Source: a virus
Lineage: Duplodnaviria > Caudoviricetes
Virus record (IMG/VR): IMGVR_UViG_3300010220_000126
Location: 1 to 42,993 of that record
Length of the DNA: 42,993 nucleotides
Reading direction: 5' to 3' (one strand)
Shown here: positions 35,372 through 42,993 of the stretch, piece after piece
How positions within the stretch are numbered: the first letter of the stretch is position 1
Layout of the letters: every line of letters starts with the position of its first letter
The notes under the pieces: generated by a model
Told to the model about the DNA's origin: nothing
The model's database searches: none
Seen by the model: the letters and a program-made list of their open reading frames with translations, nothing else
Translations under genes and position numbers: made by a program

Positions 35372-37332
35372 TGGCGACCATTTATCGCGTCGGCACGGCG
35401 GCGGTTACGGCGAATGACGCGACCGTGCAGATTACGGGGGCGTCGGTCGACCTGTCGGTCATTCGCCCGGGCACCCTCTTTCAGGTGGATGGCGACACCG
35501 CGCGCTATGAAATTCTGACGGTCGACCAACCGGACGGCGTCTGGACCATCACGCTAAATCGGCCCTTTGCCGGCTCCTCGAATGCGGCCGCGTATTATCA
35601 GATTGAAGACAACGGCATCGCGGAAGGGTCGACCGCACAGGTCGCGCAACGCGCGACCGAAATGCTTTATCGATTTTCCAAGCTTCTGGCCAATAACGCC
35701 GGCAATACCATCATCAACGTGGCGCGGACGCTGCTGGACGCGACGGCGGCGGTGGAATTCAAGACGGGTCTCACGGTCTATGCGCGCGCGGCGCTCGCGG
35801 ACAATGACGACCTCATTATCGAGACGTCGGAAGACGGCGTCGCCTTCACCGAAGCGATCCGCGTTGCCAAGGACGGGACATTCACGGCGTCCAATTTTGC
35901 CGTAGGGTCATTCACCGTCGACACCGTCGCGGCGGACACCCTCACCGGCGACAGCGCCGTCATCGGCACCTTGCAGGCCGATAGCGCGACCATCGCGGGT
36001 GCGCTTGCGGCGGACACCCTCACGGGCACAAGCGCCGTCATCGGCACGGCGGAAATAGGCAGCGCGACCATTGCGGGCGCGCTTGCGGCGGACACCCTCA
36101 CGGGCACAAGCGCCGTCATCGGCACGGCGGAAATAGGCAGCGCCGAGGTCGAAAATCTCGATATCATCCGACCAACCGTCACCGACGAAGCCGTCGCGCG
36201 GTTTCTGACCGGGGGTGTCGTCCGGGCCAAGGTTGGGTTGGACGTCCAGGACCGTATCGTGGTGTGGCTTTCCGCTGATGGTGTCGCTTTTCAAGCGGGG
36301 ATCACCATTGCCAGTGATGGCGCGGTGACAATCCCGGTGGCGACCATCGCGGCGCTGACCGTAGACGCACTTTCGGTAGTCGCGTCTGGCGACGCCATCG
36401 CCAATATCGACAAGGGCGCGGCCGGCGACGACGCGTCGCTCGCGTTCAAGACGGACGGATCGCCGAGAGCCCATATCGGCACGGTCGGTGACGATGATTG
36501 GCGCCTGAAGGTCAGTCCAGATGGCAGCGTCTGGCATGAGGCCATCATCGCCGATCGGCAGAGCGGCGCGGTCACCTTGCCCGCTGGTCTGGTCGTGCCC
36601 ACCATCAATCACGGGCCGCTCGCGGGGCTTCGCAATTTTGCCATGAATGGCGATGGGGCGCTCAATACGCGCGGTTTTGCGGGCGGTGCGGCCGCCGCCG
36701 GGGCGTTTGTCTTTGACCGCTGGTTCGCCGGTACCGGCGGCGCGAACGTCACGGTGTCGGGGGAGATGATCACCCTGACAAGCGGTACTATCTGCCACTG
36801 TATCGAGGCGCCACGCATCGCAGCCGCGCTCGTGACGCTGTCTGTTGAAGACCCGACCGACGACATTCTTGCTGATATCATGGGTGTGACCGGCACCATT
36901 CCGGCCGGCGCTGGGCGGCAAGGCGTGTCGCTTGTGGTGCCGGGGGGCGCGGTGGAGAATGTCACTGTCAAGTTGACCGCTGCCGGGGCGATCTTCAAAC
37001 GCATCCAAGTTGAACTTGGGCCGGTGGCGACGCCGTTCGAGCGGCGACCGACTGCACTCGAAATGGCATTGTGCCAGCGGTACTACCAATACAACGAACT
37101 GCAGCTTGCGTTTACCTACAGGATCAACAACAACGAGTCGCAGCGGGGTTTCGGCATACCGATCGTGCCGACAATGCGGGCGGCACCGACCGTCGCTACA
37201 ACCGAAGATTTTTTGACGATCAATGCGATCACGGCGACGCCAAATTTCCTATGGGCACATGGGACGGCGGCGGCTGTGTCGTCATGGGCCCGGTTCGTCA
37301 CAATTGAACTTGATGCGGAGTTGTTGTCATGA
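35371..37332 (+). CDS. Tail fibre / receptor-binding protein
   Basis: YRVGT..VT N-terminus, G..GDDDW.LKVSPDG..W..A repeats, RN..MNG, DRW, QVELG.VATPFERRP..LE.ALCQRYY, MRAAPTV. Confidence 0.85.
   Translation: MATIYRVGTAAVTANDATVQITGASVDLSVIRPGTLFQVDGDTARYEILTVDQPDGVWTITLNRPFAGSSNAAAYYQIEDNGIAEGSTAQVAQRATEMLYRFSKLLANNAGNTIINVARTLLDATAAVEFKTGLTVYARAALADNDDLIIETSEDGVAFTEAIRVAKDGTFTASNFAVGSFTVDTVAADTLTGDSAVIGTLQADSATIAGALAADTLTGTSAVIGTAEIGSATIAGALAADTLTGTSAVIGTAEIGSAEVENLDIIRPTVTDEAVARFLTGGVVRAKVGLDVQDRIVVWLSADGVAFQAGITIASDGAVTIPVATIAALTVDALSVVASGDAIANIDKGAAGDDASLAFKTDGSPRAHIGTVGDDDWRLKVSPDGSVWHEAIIADRQSGAVTLPAGLVVPTINHGPLAGLRNFAMNGDGALNTRGFAGGAAAAGAFVFDRWFAGTGGANVTVSGEMITLTSGTICHCIEAPRIAAALVTLSVEDPTDDILADIMGVTGTIPAGAGRQGVSLVVPGGAVENVTVKLTAAGAIFKRIQVELGPVATPFERRPTALEMALCQRYYQYNELQLAFTYRINNNESQRGFGIPIVPTMRAAPTVATTEDFLTINAITATPNFLWAHGTAAAVSSWARFVTIELDAELLS
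35929..36143 (+). repeat. 78-bp (26-aa) in-frame tandem repeat in the fibre gene
   Basis: AADTLTG(D/T)SAVIGT... starts at 35929, 36007 and 36085; the last two are near-identical at DNA level. Confidence 0.9.
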
Positions 37333-37790
37333 TGAGTGTCACATCGGCCGAATACGTTGAAGGTGGGGCGATCCACGCTGAAATCGACGGACGGTGGTTG
37401 ATCGTGCCGAACGATCCGGGGAACCGCCATCGGGCAGCAATTGCCGTGTGGGAGACGGCGGGCAACACCATTGCGCCCTATGTGGCACCGCCGCCGCCGG
37501 TGCTGGCGACGGTTAGTCGGCTGCAATTCTGGGCCGGTTTGGCGGCGGCCGGGCTCGTGAGCGAGGCCGAAGCGGAATCCATGGTCGCCGAAAAGACAAT
37601 CCCGGCCTCGATCGCCGCGTTCATCGCGGGCTTGCCGTCCGAAGACCAGTTCGTCGCGCGGATGGCGCTCAAAGGCGCGACCGAATTCGAACGAGGCAAC
37701 GGCCTTATCGAGGCTTACGCCACGGGCGCCGGGCTTTCGTCCGGCGATCTCGATGACTTATTCGGTCAAATGGCAGCGATCGCCGTATGA
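37329..37790 (+). CDS. Tail fibre assembly/chaperone-like protein
   Basis: VPNDPGNRH......W...GNTI.PY..PPP....VSR.QF...ATEFER...DDLF. Confidence 0.75.
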   Translation: MMSVTSAEYVEGGAIHAEIDGRWLIVPNDPGNRHRAAIAVWETAGNTIAPYVAPPPPVLATVSRLQFWAGLAAAGLVSEAEAESMVAEKTIPASIAAFIAGLPSEDQFVARMALKGATEFERGNGLIEAYATGAGLSSGDLDDLFGQMAAIAV

Positions 37791-38023
37791 GGCTGGTGCT
37801 CAACTATCTCTACAATTTGCATGTCGCAGCGTCGCAGCTCGTCAATGTCGTCCTTGGCGGCGACCCAGACGAAAGCCTTTCGGGGCGCGTCGGAAAGTCG
37901 GTTGTCGCCGGTGGTTGGGCGGCGTCCGTGCCATGGCCGCAATGGCTGTTGCGCCATTGGCTCGCATCCATCGAACCCGATGAGGGCGGCAATTCGGCCG
38001 AGCGGCGCACCGAGCGCTTGTAA
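37787..38023 (+). CDS. Hypothetical phage protein
   Basis: SQLVNVVLGGDPDESLSGRVG motif; ATGA overlap. Confidence 0.7.
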   Translation: MRLVLNYLYNLHVAASQLVNVVLGGDPDESLSGRVGKSVVAGGWAASVPWPQWLLRHWLASIEPDEGGNSAERRTERL

Positions 38024-38054
38024 GCGTCCACAGTAGATCCTCGAATTTTGACCA

Positions 38055-38076
38055 CCCGCCGCAAGGCGGGTTTTTT
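38055..38076 (+). terminator. Intrinsic terminator before the lysis genes
   Basis: CCCGCC-gcaa-GGCGGG followed by TTTTTT. Confidence 0.8.
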
Positions 38077-38090
38077 CATGGGAGAACGTC

Positions 38091-39011
38091 ATGCAGCTTT
38101 CCACGCGGGGCGCGGATTTCATTCTTCGCCACGAAGGATTTAGGTCGAAGGCCTATCGCGACCCGGTCGGGGTCATCACAATTGGGGCGGGGTACACGAA
38201 CCGCAGCCAAGTCTTTCGGGCCTATTGGCGCAAGACACGCGGTCACGATTTGCGCCTTGGCGACACCATCGGCCGTGGCGAATGCATGGACATTCTTCCG
38301 GCGATCGCCAACGAAGAATACGGCGCGGCCGTGAACAGCAAAATCGCGCCGAAAGCGCAGCATCATTACGACGCCGCGACGTCCGTCTGTTTCAATCTCG
38401 GTCCGGCGGCGGCGGGGTGGAAGTGGGCTGTCGCACTTCGTGGCGGACGGATCGCGGACGCGGTCCGGCTGTTGCGGGTCACCGGAACGACGGCCGGCGG
38501 GCGCCGCCTTGAGGGGCTGGTGATCCGGCGGCGGCACGAGGCCGCGCTTATCGAGACCGGCGACTATGGTGACGGCAAGGCGCCAGCCTATGGCGCCGAT
38601 GATGACAACGTGCCGTCCGCCACGGACGACCGAGGCGATTACGCGAGCTTGCTTCGCGGCTACCAGGAAGACCTTAAAGCGCTCGGCTTCGATCCGGGTC
38701 CGATTGACGGCATCTGGGGGCGAATGACCCGCGCGGCCGTGCTGGCGTTTCAGAAGCACCACGCGGACCTGGTCAACGATGGCATTCTCGGCCCGGCGAC
38801 GCGGGCGTCGATCGATCGCGCGATGGATGCGCGCGGCGTGACGGCTAAGAGCGCGGGCGGCATCGCGCTTGCCGCTGTCGCGGCCGTGGTGGCGCCACAG
38901 GCGGGCGAAGCCGGTTTGTGGGTGCTCGGTGCCGCGCTTGCTGTCGCTGCCGTTTCTGGCGTCGCTGTGTGGCGCTATCGGGGCGAAATCAAGCATTGGT
39001 GGCGGGGGTGA
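38091..39011 (+). CDS. Endolysin: GH24 lysozyme, peptidoglycan-binding domain and hydrophobic C-terminus
   Basis: HEGFRSKAYRDPVGVITIGAG (E-8-D-5-T triad), GL..RR..EA, Q..L..LGFDPG.IDG.WG..TR.AV.AFQ...DGI.GP.T. Confidence 0.92.
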   Translation: MQLSTRGADFILRHEGFRSKAYRDPVGVITIGAGYTNRSQVFRAYWRKTRGHDLRLGDTIGRGECMDILPAIANEEYGAAVNSKIAPKAQHHYDAATSVCFNLGPAAAGWKWAVALRGGRIADAVRLLRVTGTTAGGRRLEGLVIRRRHEAALIETGDYGDGKAPAYGADDDNVPSATDDRGDYASLLRGYQEDLKALGFDPGPIDGIWGRMTRAAVLAFQKHHADLVNDGILGPATRASIDRAMDARGVTAKSAGGIALAAVAAVVAPQAGEAGLWVLGAALAVAAVSGVAVWRYRGEIKHWWRG

Positions 39012-39013
39012 TC

Positions 39014-39196
39014 ATGAACGCGGCAGTTGCGCGCATCATTCTGCGCTATCTCGTCGGCGGTGCGGTCGCCGGTTCGGTGGAAATTGGCCACCGGCTGGCG
39101 ACCGACCCCGATATCGTCATGCTCGTTGCTTTCGCCATTGGCGCGGCGGTTGAAGGCTTCTATGCACTCGCCAAGCGCCGGGGGTGGACGACATGA
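39014..39196 (+). CDS. Small membrane protein (holin-like)
   Basis: MNAAVARIILRYLVG...E..YALAKRRGW.T; follows the endolysin. Confidence 0.65.
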   Translation: MNAAVARIILRYLVGGAVAGSVEIGHRLATDPDIVMLVAFAIGAAVEGFYALAKRRGWTT

Positions 39197-39591
39197 CTTG
39201 GCTAATCACGACGGTGCTCAAGTGGCTGTCGGGCGGTGTGCTCGACAGCATCTTGTCCCACCTTGAGCGCCGGGCGGCGTCGGAGACTGAGCGCGCTCGG
39301 ATCAATGCCGAGACAGCTAAGGTCTTCGTGCAGGCTGAAATCGAAAGCCGCAAGGCCGCCCGCGATATCGTCATTGCCGAGCAAGGGTGGTGGGTAACGG
39401 CTTTGATCCGGCCGGCCTTTGCCTATCCGCTCGCGATCTATTACGCGGCCGTGATCGCCGACAGCCTGTTCCGCTTCGAGTGGAACGTCGCGTCGCTGCC
39501 AGCGCCAATCGACGAATGGTCCGGGTGGATCATCACCGCCTATTTCCTTGTCCGTGGCGTTGAGAAAACCGCGAGGATTTTGCGGCAATGA
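39193..39591 (+). CDS. 3TM holin-like membrane protein
   Basis: W....IRP..AY...Y...V, I..AYF..R..EK; ATGA-coupled. Confidence 0.7.
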   Translation: MTWLITTVLKWLSGGVLDSILSHLERRAASETERARINAETAKVFVQAEIESRKAARDIVIAEQGWWVTALIRPAFAYPLAIYYAAVIADSLFRFEWNVASLPAPIDEWSGWIITAYFLVRGVEKTARILRQ

Positions 39592-39836
39592 CAATCGAGC
39601 TGACGTGGGAATCGTCGATGGTGATTTTTATAATCGGCTCGGCGATCGCCGGTGTTTGGTGGAAGCTGCACAAGCGCATTTCCGACCTCTATGAGCAGCT
39701 ACAGGACTACAAGCTGGCTGTGACCAAGGAATTCGCGAGTGTCGGTCATTTGAAAGAGGTGGAATTGCGGTTGGAGGCCGCCTTGAACCGGCTTACCGAG
39801 CGGATTGACGAATTGCTGACCAAGGTCGGCAAGTAG
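39588..39836 (+). CDS. Membrane-anchored coiled-coil protein (lysis cassette)
   Basis: One TM helix followed by YKL.V..EFAS...LKEVE.RL...L.RL..RID. Confidence 0.7.
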   Translation: MTIELTWESSMVIFIIGSAIAGVWWKLHKRISDLYEQLQDYKLAVTKEFASVGHLKEVELRLEAALNRLTERIDELLTKVGK

Positions 39837-39864
39837 GGGTACGCCATGCTGACATTATGTACGG

Positions 39865-40311
39865 TCATCCAATCCAGCGGGCTTGGAGCGGTGTACCGTG
39901 CTTTTCGTCTGACATGGGCTCCAGCTTCACAAGGCCCGCGGCCGCCAGCTTGTGCAGGGCGTCATTAGGGCCTGACGCATTTGGGTCGCCTTTGCCGAAT
40001 GCGGTACAGATATCCCTCATAGCAATGGCTGTCCCGCGCCGCCAAAGCTCCAGCCCGATGAGGACTTGAAGGCGCGCCGCCGTCGGCCGGGCGGCAAAAA
40101 TCTTTTTGACGACGGCGATCGCATCGTCAGCTAGGGCGACATTCGCCGCGATCGCCGCCGCCTCGACGCCATCGCGGATTTTGCCGGCTGTCGGCGCGTG
40201 GAGACTGGATTCGCCCTTGGCGATCCGCTGAATATCGCGGCGATCGAGGCCGGAAAGGCGGCGGATGGCGCCTTCGCCAATCAGGTCGATTAGTTTGTCT
40301 ATTGGCAACAT
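39865..40311 (-). CDS. Putative DNA-binding protein (HTH-like N-terminus, wHTH-like C-terminus)
   Basis: AIRRLSGLDRRDIQRIAKGE and DALHKLAAAGLV; start re-called at 40311. Confidence 0.55.
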   Translation of the reverse strand: MLPIDKLIDLIGEGAIRRLSGLDRRDIQRIAKGESSLHAPTAGKIRDGVEAAAIAANVALADDAIAVVKKIFAARPTAARLQVLIGLELWRRGTAIAMRDICTAFGKGDPNASGPNDALHKLAAAGLVKLEPMSDEKHGTPLQARWIG

Positions 40312-40355
40312 TAGCGTCTCTATCGTGTCGTGCGATTTTGGTGCTCGTGTTAAGG

Positions 40356-40922
40356 TCAAAGGGGACCCGCACCCTCTAAATCGCCGGCCGCGTTCCAAAA
40401 GCGATTGAAAGCGTCTTGAGCGTGGCGTTCGATTTGGCGAAAAGCTTCAATTTTCGCGGCGGCGTCTTCGACCGCTTTCCGGTGCGTGATGACGGCCTCG
40501 TCATACTCTGCCCGCGCAACCGCTTTTAAGCGCTTCTGCCTTTCAGTATTGAGGCCGCCAGGGTCGTATTCATAAAAGGCGTCCGCGTACAGTGAATAGA
40601 GCCTGTCTTGCAATTCTGCGGCGTATTTTTCTGCATCGGTCGCGGCTTTTTCCGCCGGTGGAATTTTGTCCATGGCGGCGTGGTATGCCTTGCGTGCGAT
40701 ATCGGCCTGGATGCGCCCATTAATTTCGTCAACGGCGCTTTGTGAAAGGCATATCAAGTCGTCGTGCTTAATTGCGTACCGGGGCGCATCGCAACGCCGT
40801 TGCCAGAATTGCACTTCAAGTATCTCCCCGTCGACGACGAGGTTGAGAACGGCGTGCGCGATAGTGTTGGCGTCGCGCATTTTAAGGACTTTAATTTTAT
40901 GGATTTTATATATGTTGGTCAC
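40356..40922 (-). CDS. Hypothetical helical protein (moron)
   Basis: 188 aa, GGAG RBS, AT-rich 5' end, own promoter. Confidence 0.7.
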   Translation of the reverse strand: MTNIYKIHKIKVLKMRDANTIAHAVLNLVVDGEILEVQFWQRRCDAPRYAIKHDDLICLSQSAVDEINGRIQADIARKAYHAAMDKIPPAEKAATDAEKYAAELQDRLYSLYADAFYEYDPGGLNTERQKRLKAVARAEYDEAVITHRKAVEDAAAKIEAFRQIERHAQDAFNRFWNAAGDLEGAGPL

Positions 40923-40969
40923 TTTGGCTTCTCCAGCTCCGGCGCGGCCTGTCCGCTGCCGATGAAAAC

Positions 40970-40998
40970 AATATAATTCACCATCTCCCCGAAGTCAA
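40970..40998 (-). promoter_or_regulatory. Sigma70-type promoter for the 40922-39865 pair
   Basis: Minus strand TTGACT-N17-TATATT. Confidence 0.7.
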
Positions 40999-41043
40999 GG
41001 GGAAAGTGTCTTTATGCACGCTGGTTGCTGGTGCGGTGATCGT

Positions 41044-41058
41044 GTTCGCAATATGTTC
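41044..41058 (+). promoter_or_regulatory. Second LexA (SOS) box
   Basis: GTTCgcaatatGTTC, 5 nt before ATG 41064. Confidence 0.75.
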
Positions 41059-41063
41059 TTGAC

Positions 41064-41309
41064 ATGTGGACGCATCGACCGACATGGCCAGAGCGAGGCC
41101 CGACCGATCGCACCGTCTGGTGCGACGGGAAGCGGGTCGCGCGTATCTACCTGGACGACCATGACGGCGTCGCCGGGATTTGGCGGTGGTTTGGTGGCTG
41201 GGCGGCGGAAGGCAACCAAGGTCGCGCGCCGACGCTGGCAGCCGCGCTTGAGGCGGTTCGTGTGACATACCAAGAAACCGTCGGCACTAAGCCGCGAAGA
41301 CGAATGTAG
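41064..41309 (+). CDS. Small Trp-rich protein, probably SOS-regulated
   Basis: 81 aa (DGKRVARIY...IWRWF...G.A.T..AA); the stop codon lies inside the phage att arm. Confidence 0.65.
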   Translation: MWTHRPTWPERGPTDRTVWCDGKRVARIYLDDHDGVAGIWRWFGGWAAEGNQGRAPTLAAALEAVRVTYQETVGTKPRRRM

Positions 41310-42993
41310 GGGTGCGGCGGTTGCGAGCCCCCGCAACCACCGATACCAACACTCCCGAGGAAATCCCTCCGGGAGTGTTTGTTTTTGAAGCCTTTCCAAT
41401 ACTTTGCCGTTCCGTCCATTCAAGGATGGTGCGCAATTCTCCATGCAGTGTGGCGTAGATTTCGCCGCGTTCCGGCCCCGGAGTGAGCACAATCTTCTCG
41501 ATCAGCATCCGTAAGGTCTCGGCTGCTTCTTGACGTTCGGCAGGGCGATTCAAGGCCTTCGTTAGCGTCGCAACCTTCTTCGCGTAGATGCTCGCGGCCG
41601 TCGGAAGAAGGTCCGGCTTGTCTTCGGGCGCATCGGCCAAAAGCGCGGTCAGTTCGGTCTTGCGGACTTCCAGCCCCGTCATCTTCTCTTTCATCGACGG
41701 ATGGTACATGCCGTCGGCAATGGCCTCGACGATCTGGGCGATCTGCTTCTCGATCTTTGCGAGTTCCACCTGCCAAGCATCACCGTTCGAGCGCCGCTCG
41801 CGGTTTAGCCGGTTCGTCTCTTCGGCATAGGCTCGCATCGCTTCCGCAGCGACTTCAGGCGCCATCATCCGGTCCTTCAGGCCAGCGAGGACGCGGTTCT
41901 CCAGGTCTTCGCGCGGAATGGTGCGGCTGTTGGAACAAGTGCCTTTGCTGATGTGGTTCGAGCAGGCAAAGCGGCCAGCGCCGCGCAGCGAGTAAGGACC
42001 CCCACAGCAACCGCAGTAGACCAGACCGGACAGAAGAGACTGAGGCCGGCGCTTGCCGTTGAGCTGGTTCTTCTTGTGGTGCTTGCGCACCGCCTCGGTG
42101 ACATTCGCGTATTTGTCGGCGATCACCGCCTGCCGATCGCGCACCGCTTGCCAAAGCGCATCATCGACAATCCGCAGTTCGGGCACCTCGCGGATCAGCC
42201 AGTCACTCTCCGGGTTGAGGCGCGAGACACGCTTGCCGGTGCTTGGGTCCTTGATGTAGCGCAGCCTGTTCCAGATCAGGCGGCCAATATAGAGCTCGTT
42301 ATTGATGAGACCTGTTCCGCGCTTCACATGGCCACGGATCGTGGTGTCTCCCCACGGCTTGTCGTTGGGTCCTGGAATACCCTCTTCGTTCAGTGTGCGT
42401 GCGATCGTTCGCGGACCGATTCCTGATGCGAATTCGCGGAAGACGCGACGGATGATATTCGCCTCAGCCTCGTCGATCTCCCGGTCGCCTCGGATCGGTT
42501 CTCCTCGGGCATCGAGTTGCTTGACGACCTTGTAGCCATAACAGAGCCCGCCACCGGACTTGCCTTCCTCCACGCGACCACGAAGGCCTCGATGTGTCTT
42601 GGCGGCGAGATCCTTGAGGAACAACGCATTCATCGTGCCCTTCAGGCCGACATGCAACTCGCTGATCTCGCCTTCCGCCAGCGTTACGATCGGTACGCCG
42701 GCGAACTTCAGATGCTTGAAGAAAGTCGCGACGTCGGCCTGATCGCGGGAGATGCGATCCAGAGCTTCGGCCAGCACCATGTCGAACTGCCCGGCCTGGG
42801 CGTCCTGCAGCAGTGACTGGATGCCCGGACGCAAGATCATGCTCGCACCGGAGATGCCGGCATCCTTGTAGGTGCCGACGATCTTCCATTTCTCGCGCTT
42901 CGCCTGCTCCCGGCAGATACGGAACTGGTCCTCGATCGAGGCCTCCCGCTGATTGTCCGAGGAATAGCGAGCGTAGAGCGCGACGCGCATCAT
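41287..42993 (-). CDS. Large serine recombinase of the neighbouring integrative element
   Basis: RVALYARYSSDNQ...EALDRISRDQAD...HVGLKGTMNALFLKDLA.KTHRG...LLSGL.YCGCCG; same family as the left integrase; the last ~14 codons come from the phage arm. Confidence 0.95.
   Translation of the reverse strand: MMRVALYARYSSDNQREASIEDQFRICREQAKREKWKIVGTYKDAGISGASMILRPGIQSLLQDAQAGQFDMVLAEALDRISRDQADVATFFKHLKFAGVPIVTLAEGEISELHVGLKGTMNALFLKDLAAKTHRGLRGRVEEGKSGGGLCYGYKVVKQLDARGEPIRGDREIDEAEANIIRRVFREFASGIGPRTIARTLNEEGIPGPNDKPWGDTTIRGHVKRGTGLINNELYIGRLIWNRLRYIKDPSTGKRVSRLNPESDWLIREVPELRIVDDALWQAVRDRQAVIADKYANVTEAVRKHHKKNQLNGKRRPQSLLSGLVYCGCCGGPYSLRGAGRFACSNHISKGTCSNSRTIPREDLENRVLAGLKDRMMAPEVAAEAMRAYAEETNRLNRERRSNGDAWQVELAKIEKQIAQIVEAIADGMYHPSMKEKMTGLEVRKTELTALLADAPEDKPDLLPTAASIYAKKVATLTKALNRPAERQEAAETLRMLIEKIVLTPGPERGEIYATLHGELRTILEWTERQSIGKASKTNTPGGISSGVLVSVVAGARNRRTPTFVFAA
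41301..41356. repeat. Right attachment junction: phage arm (41301-41325), spacer, neighbour arm (41332-41356)
   Basis: Mirror of the left junction; the core GCCCCCGCAACCA equals the 3' end of bacterial initiator tRNA-fMet. Confidence 0.9.
41348..41386 (+). terminator. Terminator-like hairpin downstream of the att core
   Basis: AACACTCCCG...CGGGAGTGTT followed by TGTTTTT. Confidence 0.6.

Larger units (their letters stand above)
41..41342. mobile_element. Apparently intact temperate siphovirus-type prophage (~41.3 kb)
   Basis: Integrase, repressor/cro/cII, replication, terminase, portal, protease, capsid, tail and lysis genes in canonical order, bounded by the 16-bp direct repeat GCCCCCGCAACCACCG (41-56 and 41327-41342). 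Confidence 0.95.

Noticed and set aside
37080-37332. Diversity-generating retroelement variable region at the fibre C-terminus (AAC-rich codons)
   Set aside because: No reverse transcriptase and no template repeat seen in the window.
15-41356. Invertible segment or transposon with terminal inverted repeats
   Set aside because: The arms are inverted, but the asymmetric spacer/core is in direct orientation, which predicts excision rather than inversion.

Overview
The window holds an apparently complete ~41.3 kb temperate siphovirus-type (HK97/lambda-like) prophage, bounded by att junctions at 15-70 and 41301-41356, followed by the large serine recombinase gene of a neighbouring integrative element (41287-42993). 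High GC and two GTTC-N7-GTTC LexA boxes point to an alphaproteobacterial host (inference). Gene order: serine integrase (1620 to <1, missed by the ORF track because its stop lies outside the window), leftward early operon, immunity region (short repressor, four operators, cro, cII), rightward early operon with three DNA-modification genes, replication initiator with origin, NusG-like antiterminator, packaging, head, tail and lysis genes, and terminal accessory genes. Most interesting observations: (1) two antisense accessory modules (brnT/brnA and a VasI/TagO-like gene) are each spanned by a 690-nt sense ORF joined to both neighbours by ATGA overlaps, so the translational-coupling chain is unbroken; (2) the att core equals the tRNA-fMet 3' end and lies inside both integrase genes, so recombination swaps their C-termini, one ending in a possible Ala-Ala ClpXP degron; (3) both prophage ends are attP-arm/attP-arm hybrids with the neighbouring element; (4) a LexA box precedes an antisense ORF running into a repressor that has no autocleavage domain. 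All family assignments are from motif recognition by eye; no searches were run.
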